A DNA stretch of 64,000 nucleotides, taken from the NCBI GenBank assembly GCA_050084985.1, contig JBITNC010000001.1, positions 186,000,001 through 186,064,000 on the forward strand, written 5' to 3'. Made by a program: the position numbers and the translations under genes. The stretch comes from Nageia nagi. Taxonomy: Eukaryota > Plantae > Pinophyta. The notes beneath the pieces were generated by a model. It did not search any database and was not told the DNA's origin. It was given only the letters and a program-made list of their open reading frames with translations. This document shows, one piece after another, positions 15,001 to 26,320 of this stretch (positions within the stretch are counted from its first letter, which is position 1; each line of letters starts with the position of its first letter).

Positions 15001-18000
15001 ATTCCTCCACATCTTGAGTGTGTTCACTACAATTGCTATCTCAAGATCATGTGTAGCATAATTCAACTCATGTGGCTTTAACTTTATGGATTCATATGCT
15101 ATGACATTACCATTTTATGATAGTACCCCACCCAAACCCTCAAATGATGCATCTATACACACTACAAAGTCACCATGTGGGTCAAGAATAATAAGAATTG
15201 GTGCAAAGGTTAATTTGTTCTTTAGAGTTGCAAATGCTTTCTCACACTTCTCATTCCACTTAAATAGTTTGTTTTTATTTTGTAGATTGGTGATAGGATT
15301 TGCTATCTTTGAAAATTCCTTAAAAAATCTTCTATAATATATATCTAATCCCATGAAAATTCTTAGCTTAGTCATAATTCTTGACATAGGCCAACCCATT
15401 ATTGCTTCTACCTTCTTAGGGTAAACTAGATTTCTTTGATAGAAATAATATGATCTAAGTATTGAATGTTAGAAACATAGAAATCCTTTTATCAAATGGA
15501 ATTTAACTACTCCTCCATTTACTTTAACATTTCTGGTTGGATCATCACATGATCCTCCTATTTATCCCTAGTTAAAGGAGTTCTACACCTCCTTCCATAT
15601 AGTGGTTCAAAAAGAGCCATTCTTAAATATAAATGATAACCATTATTATATATTAACTAAATGTAATAAAAATAATCTTTATAATTGGTATTTTGTTCCA
15701 CTCAATACATTTTGAACATGTTCTCAAATACTGTGTTCACACATTTTTTCTTTTTGTATGTCTCAAGATGATAAGTTGAACTCATGTTTAACTTTGTACC
15801 TAATGCCTTATATAATGATTTCTAAAATATAGAAATGAATTTAGAATCCCTATCTAAGATTATCACCTTAAAAACTCCATTCAGTTTGAAGATTTCTTGT
15901 GCAAACTTAGTAGCTACTGTAAGGGTATCATCTATGATGTTACTAGGTATAAAATATGCAACCTTGGTTAACTTATCAACCATAACCAATATGGAGTCAT
16001 GATCTAACTTGGTTTTTGAAAAGCCAACTATGAAATTCATCAAAATTACTTGCCAATTCTATATTGAAATATCATGGGTATACAAATATATACCTAGATG
16101 TTGATGTTCCAATTTCACAATCTAAACTTCCAAGCATCTTGGCATAAACTTTACTTTATCCTTCTTCATTCCATCCAAACAGAAGTTCTTTTCTTAGTCT
16201 TCTCTTATCTTCTTTCCTCTTGGATGTTTTACATATGGAGAATGATGGGCTTCTTGTAAGATTAAATTCCTTAAATCTTCTTTTTCAAGGAAGACTAATC
16301 TATCTCTAAAATACAAAATTCCATTTTTTTAGTAAATTCTTGAGATGAAGGATTACCTTTCTTTATGATTTTCATGATGGATTTACAGTGCAGATCCTCT
16401 TGTTGTAAGATTCTCACTTGATCTAATAAGCTGAATTGATTTCTTATCATGGCATTTATATGTCTTCTCTGACTTAATGCATCTTGCACCTTATTCTTAT
16501 CCTTTATATACTTAATACAAAAATCATATTCTATGAAGGATTCCATACACCACCTTTTTCTAGTATTAAAGCTGGGCTAAGTTGAATAAGTATTTCAAAC
16601 TTTGATAATTTATTTCCAATTTGAAAGGATTTCCTAGTAAGTAATTCCTCCACATCTTGAGTGTGTGCACTATATTTACTAACTCAAGATCATGTGTAGC
16701 ATAATTCAACTCATGTGGCTTTAACTTTATGGATTCATAAGCTATGAGATTACCATTTTATGATAGTACCCCACCCAAACCCTCAAACGATGCATCTATA
16801 CACACTACAAAGTCACCATGTGGGTCAGCGATAATAAGAATTGGTGCAAAGGTTAATTTGTCCTTTAGAGTTGCAAATGCTTTCTCACACTTCTCATTCC
16901 ACTTAAATAGTTTGTTTTTCTTTTGTAGACTAGTTATAGGATTTTTTATCTTTGAAAAGTCCTTAAAAAATCTTCTAAATTATCTATCTAATCCCATGAA
17001 ACTTATTACCTTAGACACAATTCTTGACATACACCAACCCATTATTACTTCTACCTTCTTAGGGTAAACTAAGATTCTTTTAATAGAAATAGTATGATCT
17101 AAGTATTAAATTTGAGAAACCTAGAAATCCTTTTATCGAATGGAATTTAACTACTCCATTTACTTTAACAATTCTAGTTGGATCATCACTCGATCCTCCT
17201 ATTTCTCCCTAGTTAAAGGAGGTCTACATCCACGTCCATATAGTGCTTCAAAAAGAGTCATTCCTAAATATGAATGATAACCATTATTATATATGAACTC
17301 AACCAAATAAAAATAATTTTCCCAATTAGTATTTTGTTCCATGCAATACATTCTAAACATGTTCTCAAAGACTTTATTCACACATTTTTTCTATCTGTAT
17401 GTCTCAAGATGATAAGTTGAACTCATGTTTAACTTTGTACCTAAAACCTTATATAATGATTTTTAAAATATAGAAGTGAATTTAGAATCTCTATCTAAGA
17501 TTATCACCTTAAAAATTCCATCCAGTTTGAAGATTTCATGTGCAAACTTAGTAGCTACTGTAAGGGTATCATCTATAATGTTACTAGGTATAAAATATGC
17601 AACCTTGGTTAACTTATCAACCATAACCAATATGGAGTCATGATGGAACTTGGTTTTTGAAAAACCAACTATGAAATTCATCAAAATTACTTGCCAATTC
17701 TATATTGAAATATCATGGGGATACAAATATCTACCTAGATGTTGATGTTCCAATTTCACAATCTAAAATTCCAAGCATCTTGGCATAAAATTTGCTTTAT
17801 CCTTCTTAATTCCATCCAAATATAAGTTCTTTTCTTAGTCTTCTCTCATCTTCTTTCCTCTTGCATGTTTTACATATGGAGAATGATGGGCTTCTTATAA
17901 GATTAAATTCCTTAAATCTTCTTTTTCAAGCATGACTAATCTATCTATAAAATACAAAATTCTATTTTTTTAGTAAATTCTTGAGATGAAGGATTACCTT

Positions 18001-21000
18001 TCTTTATGATTTTCTTGATGGATTTACAGTACAAATCCTCTTGTTGTAAGATTCTCACTTGATCAAATAAGTAGAATTGATTTCTTATCATGGTATTTAT
18101 ATGTCTTCTCTAACTTAATGCATCTTGCACCTAATTCTTACCCTTAATATACTTAATACCAAAATAATATTTTATGAAGGATTCCATACACCACCTTTTT
18201 CTAGTATTCAAGCTAGGCTGAGTTGAATAAGTATTTCAAACTTTGATAATTTATTTTCAATTTGAAAGGTTTTCCTAGTAAGTAATTCCTCCACATCTTG
18301 AGTGTGTTCACTACAACGGGTAACTCAAGATCATATGTAGCATAATTCAACTCATGTGGCTTTAACTTTATGGATTCATAAGCTTTGATATTACCATTTT
18401 ATGATAGTACCCACCCAAACCCTCAAATGATGCATATGTACACACTACAAAGTCACCATGTGGGTCAGGGATAATTAGAATTAGTGCAAAGGTTAGTTTG
18501 TCATTTAGAGTTACAAATGCTTTCTCACACTTCTCATTCCACATAAATAGTTTGTTTTTATTTGTATTTTCGTGATAGGATTTGCTATCTTTGAAAATTC
18601 CTTAAAAAGTCTTCTATAATATATATCTAATCCCAGGAAAATTCTTACCTTAGTCATAATTCTTGACATAGGCCAACCCATTATTGCTTCTACCTTCTTA
18701 GGGTAAACTAGATTTCTTTGAAAGGAATAATATGATCTAAGTATTGAATGTTAGAAACATAGAAATCCATTTATCAAATGGAATTTAACTACTCCTCCAT
18801 TTACTTTAACATTTCTGGTTGGATCATCACTTGATCCTCCTATTTATCCCTAGTTAAAGGAGTTCTACACCTCTTTCCATATAGTGGTTCAAAAAGAGCC
18901 ATTCTTAAATATAAATGATAACCATTATTATATATTAACTCAATGTAATAAAAATAATCTTTATAATTGGTATTTTGTTCCATGCAATACATTCTTAAAT
19001 GTTCTCAAAGACTATGTTCACACATTTTTTCTTTTTGTATATCTCAAGATGATAAGTTGAACTCATGTTTAACTTTGTACCTAATGCCTTATATAATGAT
19101 TTCTAAAATATAGAAATGAATTTAGAATCCCTATCTAAGATTATCACCTTAAAAACTCCATGCAGTTTGAAGATTTCATGTCCAAACTTTGTAGCTACTG
19201 TAAGGGTATCATCTATGATGTTACTAGGTATAAAATATGCAACCATGGTTAACTTATCAACCATAACCAATATGGAGTCATGATGGAACTTGGTTTTTGA
19301 AAAACCAACTATGAAATTCATCAAAATTACTTGCCAATTCTATATTGAAATATCATGGGGATACAAATATCTACCTAGATGTTGATGTTCCAATTTCACA
19401 ATCTAAACTTCCAAGCATCTTGGCATAAACTTTGCTTTATCCTTCTTCATTCCATCCAAATAGAAGTTCTTTTCTTAGTCTTCTCTCATCTTCTTTCCTC
19501 TTGGATGTTTTACATATGGAGAATGATGGGCTTCTTATAAGATTAAATTCCTTAAATCTTCTTTTTTAAGGACGACAAATCTATCTCTAAAATACAAAAT
19601 TCCATTTTTTTTGTAAATTCTTGAGATGAAGGATTACCTTTCTTTATGATTTTCTTGATGGATTTACAGTGCAGATCCTCTTGTTGTAAGATTCTCACTT
19701 GATCAAATAAGTCAAATTGATTTCTTATCATGGCATTTATATGTTTTCTCTAACTTAATGCATCTTGCACCTTATTCTTACCCTTAATATACTTAATACC
19801 AAAATCATATTCTATGAAGGATTCCATACACCACCTTTTTCTAGTATTAAAGCTAGGCTGAGTTGAATAAGGATTTCAAACTTTGATAATTTATTTCCAA
19901 TTTGAAAGGTTTTCCTAGTAAGTATTTCCTCCACATCTTGAGTGTGTGCACTATAATTACAAACTCAAGATCATGTGTACCATAATTCAACTCATGTGGC
20001 TTTAAATTTATGGATTCATATGCTATGAGATTACCATTTTATGATAGTACCCCACCCAAACCCTCAAACGATGCATCTATACACACTACAAAGTCACCAT
20101 GTGGGTCAGGGATAATAAGAATTGGTGCAAAGGTTAATTTGTTCTTTAGAGTTGCAAATGCTTTCTCACACTTATCATTCCACTTAAATAGTTTGTTTTT
20201 CTTTTGTAGACTAGTTATAGGATTTTCTATCTTTGAAAAGTCCTTAAAAAATATTCTATAATATCTATCTAATCCCTTGAAACTTATTACCTTAGTCACA
20301 ATTCTTGACATACACCAACCCATTATTACTTCTACCTTCTTAGGGTAAACTGAAATTCTTTTGATAGAAATAATATGATCTAAGTATTGAATGTGAGAAA
20401 CCTAGAAATCCTTTTATCGAATGGAATTTAACTACTCCATTTACTTTAACAATTCTGGTAGGATCATCACTCGATCCTCTTGTTTCTCCCTAGTTAAAGG
20501 AGTTCTACATCCATGTCCATATAGTGCTTCAAAAAGAGCCATTACTAAATATGAATGATAACCATTATTATATATGAACTCAACCTAATAAAAATAATTT
20601 TCCCAATTAGTATTTTGTTCCATGCAATACATTCTAAACATGTTCTCAAAGACTTTATTCACACATTTTTTCTATCTATATGTCTCAAGATGATAAGTTG
20701 AACTCATGTTTAACTTTGTACCTAAAATCTTATATAATGATTTTTAAAATATAGAAGTGAATTTAGAATCTCTATCTAAGATTATCACCTTAAAAACTCC
20801 ATGCATTTTGTAGATTTCATTTGCAAACTTAGTAGCTACTGTAAGGGTATCATCTATGATGTTACTAGGTATAAAATATGCAACCTTGGTTAACTTATCA
20901 ACCATAACCAATATGGAGTCATGATGGAACTTGGTTTTTGAAAAAACAACTATGAAATTCATCAAAATTACTTGCCAATTCTATATTGAAATATCATGGG

Positions 21001-23668
21001 GATACAAATATCTACCTAGATGTTGGTGTTCCAATTTCACAATCTAAAATTCCAAGCATCTTGGCATAAAATTTGCTTTATCCTTCTTCATTCCATCCAA
21101 ATAGAAGTTCTTTTCTTAGTCTTCTCTCATCTTCTTTCCTCTTGGATGTTTTACATATGGAGAATGATGGGCTTCTTATAAGATTAAATTCCTTAAATCT
21201 TGTTTTTCAAGGATGACTAATCTATCTCTAAAATACAAAATTCTATTTTTTTAGTAAATTCTTGAGATGAAGGATTACCTTTCTTTATGATTTTCTTGAT
21301 GGATTTATAGTACAGATTCTCTTGTTGTAAGATTCTCACTTGATCAAATAAGTCAAATTGATTTCTTATCATGGCATTTATATGTCTTCTCTGACTTAAT
21401 GCATCTTGCACCTAATTCTTACCCTTAATATACTTAATACCAAAATAATATTTTATGAAGGATTCCATACACCACCTTTTTCTAGTATTCAAGTTGGGCT
21501 GAGTTGAATAAGTATTTCAAACTTTGATAATTTATTTTCAATTTGAAAGGTTTTCCTAGTAAGTAATTCCTCCAAATCTTGAGTTTGTTCACTACAACTT
21601 CTAACTCATGATCATGTGTAGCATAATTCAACTCATGTGGCTTTAACTTTATGGATTCATAAGCTATGACATTACCATTTTATGATAGTACCCCACCCAA
21701 ACCCTCAAATGATGCATCTATACACACTACAAAGTCACCATGTGGGTCAGGGATAAGTAGAATTGGTGCAAATTTTTAGTTTGTCCTTTAGAGTTGCAAA
21801 TGCTTTCTCACACTTCTCATTCCACATAAATAGTTTTTTTTTGTTTTGTAGATTGGTGATAGGATTTGCTATCTTTGAAAATTCCTTAAAAAATATTCTA
21901 TAATATATATCTAATCCCATGATAATTCTTACCTTAGTCATAATTCTTGACATAGGCCAACCCATTATTGCTTCTACTTTCTTAGGGTAAACTAGATTCC
22001 TTTGATAGAAATAATATGATCTAAGTACTGAATGTTAGAAACATAGAAATCCTTTTATCAAATGGAATTTAACTACTCCTCCATTTACTTTAACATTTCT
22101 AGTTAGATCATCACTTGATCCTCCTATTTATCCCTAGTTAAAGGAGTTCTACACCTCCTTCCATATAGTGGTTCAAAAAGAACCATTCTTAAATATAAAT
22201 GATAACCATTATTATATATGAACTCAACGTAATAAAAATAATCTTTATAATTGGTATTTTGTTCCATGCAATACATTTTGAACATGTTTCAAAGACTATG
22301 TTCACACATTTTTTCTTTTTGTATGTCTCAAGATGATAAGTTGAACTCTTGTTTAAATTTGTACCTAATGCCTTATATAATGATTTCTAAAATATAGAAA
22401 TGAATTTAGAATCCCTATCTAAGATTATTACCTTAAAAACTCCATGCAGTTTGAAGATTTCATGTGCAAACTTATTAGCTACTATAAGGGTATCATCTAT
22501 GATGTTACTAGGTATAAAATATGCAACCTTGGTTAACTTATCAACCATAACCAATATGGAGTCATGATGGAACTTGGTTTTTGAAAAACCAACTATGAAA
22601 TTCATCAAAATTACTTGCCAATTCTATACTAAAATATCATGGGGATACAATTATCTACCTAGATATTGATGTTCCAATTTCACTTTCTAAAATTCTAAGC
22701 ATCTTGGCATAAACTTTGCTTTATCCTTCTTCATTGCATCCCAATAGAAGTTTTTTTCTTAGTCTTCTCTCATCTTCTTTCCTCTTGGATGTTTTACATA
22801 TGGAGAATGATGGGATTCTTATAAGATTAAATTCCTTAAATCTTCTTTCTTAAGGATGACTAATCTATCTCTAAAATACAAAATTCCATTTTTTTAGTAA
22901 ATTCTTGAGATGAAGGATTACCTTTCTTTATCATATCCTTGATAGATTTACAGTACAAATCCTCTTGTTGTAAGATTTTCACTTGATCAAATAAGTTGAA
23001 TTGATTTCTTATCATGACATTTTTATGTCTTCTCTGACTTAATGCATCTTGCACCTTATTCTTACCCTTAATATACTTAATACCAAAATCATATTTTATG
23101 AAGGATTCCGTACACCACCTTTTTCTAGTATTAAAGTTGGGCTAAGTTGAATAAGTATTTCAAACTTTGATAATTTATTTCCAATGTGAAAGGTTTTCCT
23201 AGTAAGTAATTGCTCCACATCTTGAGTGTGTGCACTACATCTGCTAACTCAAGATCATGTGTAGCATAATCCAACTCATGTGGCTTTAACTTTATGGATT
23301 CATATGCTATGAGATTACCATTTTGTGATAGTACCCCACCCAAACCCTCAAATGATGCATCTGTACACACTACAAAGTCACCATGTGGGTCAAGGATAAT
23401 GAGAATTGGTGCAAAGGTTAATTTGTCCTTTAGAGTTGCAAATGCTTTCTCACACTTCTCATTCCACTTAAATAGTTTGTTTTTCTTTTGGAGACTGGTT
23501 ATAGGATTTGCTATCTTTGAAAAGTCCTCAAAAAATATTCTATAATATCTTAGTCACAATTCTTGACATAGGCCAACCCATTATTGCTTCTACCTTCTTT
23601 GGGTAAACTAAGATTCTTTTGATAGAAATAATATGATCTAAATATTGAATGTGAGAAACATAGAAATC
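1..23668 (-). repeat. Tandem array of ~1.64-kb monomers derived from Ty3/gypsy pol (RT C-terminus, RNase H, integrase); 14 complete units plus a partial unit, continuing beyond the left edge
   Basis: The junction tagaaatc|cttttatc (minor variants) recurs at about 741, 2367, 4011, 5653, 7295, 8935, 10577, 12217, 13849, 15485, 17129, 18767, 20410 and 22051. Each unit translates on the minus strand to DASFEGLGGVLS, YATHDLEL, EAHHSPY..HP, MNFIVGF..DSILVMVDKLTKVAYFIP, IILDRDSKF and EFIYNNGYH..FEALYG..CRTPL. Confidence 0.97.
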
Positions 23669-24300
23669 ACACTTAGATAATTTACCATATAGCTGATGTT
23701 GTTTCAAAACCTGTAAGGCTAATATCAAATTATGGTTATGCTCCTCCTCATTTCTTTAGTATATGAGGATATCATCTAGAAAGACTACAACAAATTTGTC
23801 TTAGTATTCTTTGTAAACATTATTCATCAGATTCATAACTATTATAGGAGCGTTCATTAATCCAAATAGTAAGACCATGAACTTATAATGTCCATATCAA
23901 GTCTTGAATGCTATTTTATGGGTATCTAATTCTTTTATCCTCAACTAATGGTAACCTTATCTTAAGTCTATCTTGGAAAAGATAGCAAAATATTTGAGTT
24001 GGTTGAACAAGTCATCAATCCTAAATAGTAGATACCTATTGACCTTGTTCAACATCCTATAGTCAATACATAGTCTTAGAGTTCCATCCTTCTTTTTTAC
24101 AAATAATATAGGAGCACCCTAGGGTGATACACTAGGATTTATCAACCCTTTCTCCAAAAGATATTGTAGCCACACTTTAACTCATGCATCTAAATGGTGT
24201 TCATTCTATAGGGGGTTATAGAGATAGGTTTAGCTCCTAGCACTAGATCTATTAAGAAGTAAAATTCTTATTTTGGGGGTAGATTTGGTAGTTTCTTAAG
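23669..24300 (-). pseudogene. Reverse transcriptase core of element 1 (single copy, not amplified)
   Basis: Minus-strand translation gives [62 protein letters not shown] (~23760-23800) and LYGKLSKCDF. Confidence 0.93.
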
Positions 24301-24499
24301 AAATACATCCTTATATTCCCTTAACATAGGATACTTATCTAACTTTTTTATGTATTTATCCTCTTTTTCCACTTCTTTAACCTTAACTGCAAAGATCATT
24401 TCTCTTTTTCTAATACTTCTTCTCATTTGCATGGTTGTGATCAAGTAAGATTCAAATAGTCCTTGATCATTGAACACCCTATATTAATTTTAGGATAAA

Positions 24500-24840
24500 T
24501 TGATGTATTCCACCCATCTCTCCTAAAAATTTATCAAGACCTTATGTGCCATTAACTAATCCATTCCTAGGATAATATCATAGGAAGCTAAGGGAACCTC
24601 ATATAAGTCCCACATAATAAACCCTTTGGGTAACATAATCTTAACATTCCTAAAACATTGTTTGATAGAACACTTAACCAAACCCAAACTCTACTTACCA
24701 TCCATTTTTCAAATAATACGGTGCCTTAATCATGTATTTAACTAAATAATTTGAAATGAAACTATCTATTGCACCATAATCTATCAAAACTTTAAAAGTT
24801 TTGCCAAAAATTTCACCCAAGATCTAGAGAGGTTTAGCTT
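24500..24840 (-). pseudogene. Aspartic protease relic of element 1
   Basis: VLIDYGA (decayed DSGA motif) at ~24771-24790 and YDIILGMD near 24560-24580. Confidence 0.8.
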
Positions 24841-24899
24841 GTCATTGATTCTATCCTAATCTAGTCATTACAAAGATTCAATTATCCTTAAGTGGGTCT

Positions 24900-26130
24900 A
24901 TCTTTATATGGCATTAACTTGCATAATGTGCTCCACCATAGTTCCAACATCCATCACATAGAGCTTTCTTTTGCTCTAAGTTGTTATCTTTAGGCACATA
25001 TTGATTATTTCTTTGTTTAGGGAATCCTCAGTTCTATATCTTAAATCCTTGATTTACATTTCCATGGTTTTGATTCTATCTTCTGAACTACTAATTCTTC
25101 TTCTAGAAATCCTTCTTCTTGAAACCCTTATTCCTAGGTTATTTCTTTTCAAATCTAGGAAAGTTTCCATCTTTGTGATTATGATTGGCCTTTCTATTAA
25201 TGTTGTGCAAAGCCTATTACTCAATACCTCTATTCTTTGGAAAATAGTTCATAAAGGTTTTTGTAATGCTCAAGTTACTTTCCACTCTCTTGGCTATATC
25301 TTAAGCCTATTTTAAGGTCTTAGGGTTTAGGATGTTGGCCATAGTCTTTATTTTATAATTCATCCCACTAGGAATCTATGAACCTTCAAGTGATTTTTTT
25401 CATATGGAACATACTTAAGAAGTTTGATGAACAGATGATGATAGCTTTGCACACTCATGGGGCCTTGTCAAAATGTATAATATTCCTTATATTTCTTAGT
25501 GAAATAGATCTAAATAATAAATCTTTTCTACAATGCTTCCACAAATTTTGTCCACTTCAAATATTAAACTCCATGCTCAACTTTGTAGGCATTCCACCAT
25601 TTGAGAGCAATATCTTGAAAGTTGTAGGTAACCCATATGGTTATTGGTTTTTAGTGATAGATTTTTCATTGAAAAGTATGTTTTGATCTCCTTTAACCAT
25701 ATGTTTGTGTGCTCTCCTTCATGCTTTTTATTAAACTTGGGTATCTAGGCTTTCTTCAGATCAATCATAAGTTCTTATTCAATTCTTTCCTAAATTTGGT
25801 TGTTTAGTCCACCCAATCTTGTTTGTGCTAGAATGAATGGATCATATTCATTTTTTAAAGGGTCAACTCTTTGACTTAGTAGATTATTTATTAGTTCTTA
25901 CTTCTCTGCAACTTCCTCTTAGATTCTCATGATGGCTTCTTCTCCTCCATTGTTGTAATTGGAATGACTAGAAGAACTCCTAGTATTATTTGAAAGAACC
26001 TACTGATTGTCATTCCTCATTATTCCTCTTCTAGCATTTTGGCCCCTAACATTTGTATTTTTCCCTCTAACACTTACATTTTAGCTTGTAACATTTCTTT
26101 GGTTTGCATTAGCATTGGCATTCATGGAAA
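24900..26130 (-). pseudogene. gag relic of element 1 with a decayed zinc knuckle
   Basis: GCWNYGGAHYAS*C at ~24910-24955 and WLKEIKTYF at ~25680-25705; lies between the PBS and the protease. Boundaries approximate. Confidence 0.75.
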
Positions 26131-26307
26131 GGCTATTTGTGGCACCTTGTTGAAGGTTTCCTAAAGCTCTAGTTACATATCTTGGGAGTGCAATAATCCA
26201 AGTCTACTAAATAGTATTATTATTAGGCTCATGAATACTCATATTGACTTTCTAAACTTTTATAGCAAAAGATTCATGGACCATAGGCTTAAGGGTTTGA
26301 AATTTAT

Positions 26308-26319
26308 GCTCTAATACCA
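26308..26319 (-). promoter_or_regulatory. Primer-binding site, tRNA-iMet type (element 1)
   Basis: Reverse complement TGGTATTAGAGC versus canonical TGGTATCAGAGC, 1 nt from the LTR end. Confidence 0.85.
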
Positions 26320-26320
26320 A

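Noticed and set aside
341-23545. Recurrent 83-aa plus-strand ORF (MDSYAMRLPFYDSTPPKPSNDAS...) as a tandem gene family
   Set aside because: It is the antisense shadow of the RT/RNase H coding strand, repeats only because the monomer repeats, and is broken in several units.
1-23668. A functional integrase or RNase H gene cluster
   Set aside because: Every unit has multiple stops and frameshifts, and the first integrase catalytic Asp reads Asn (MNFI).
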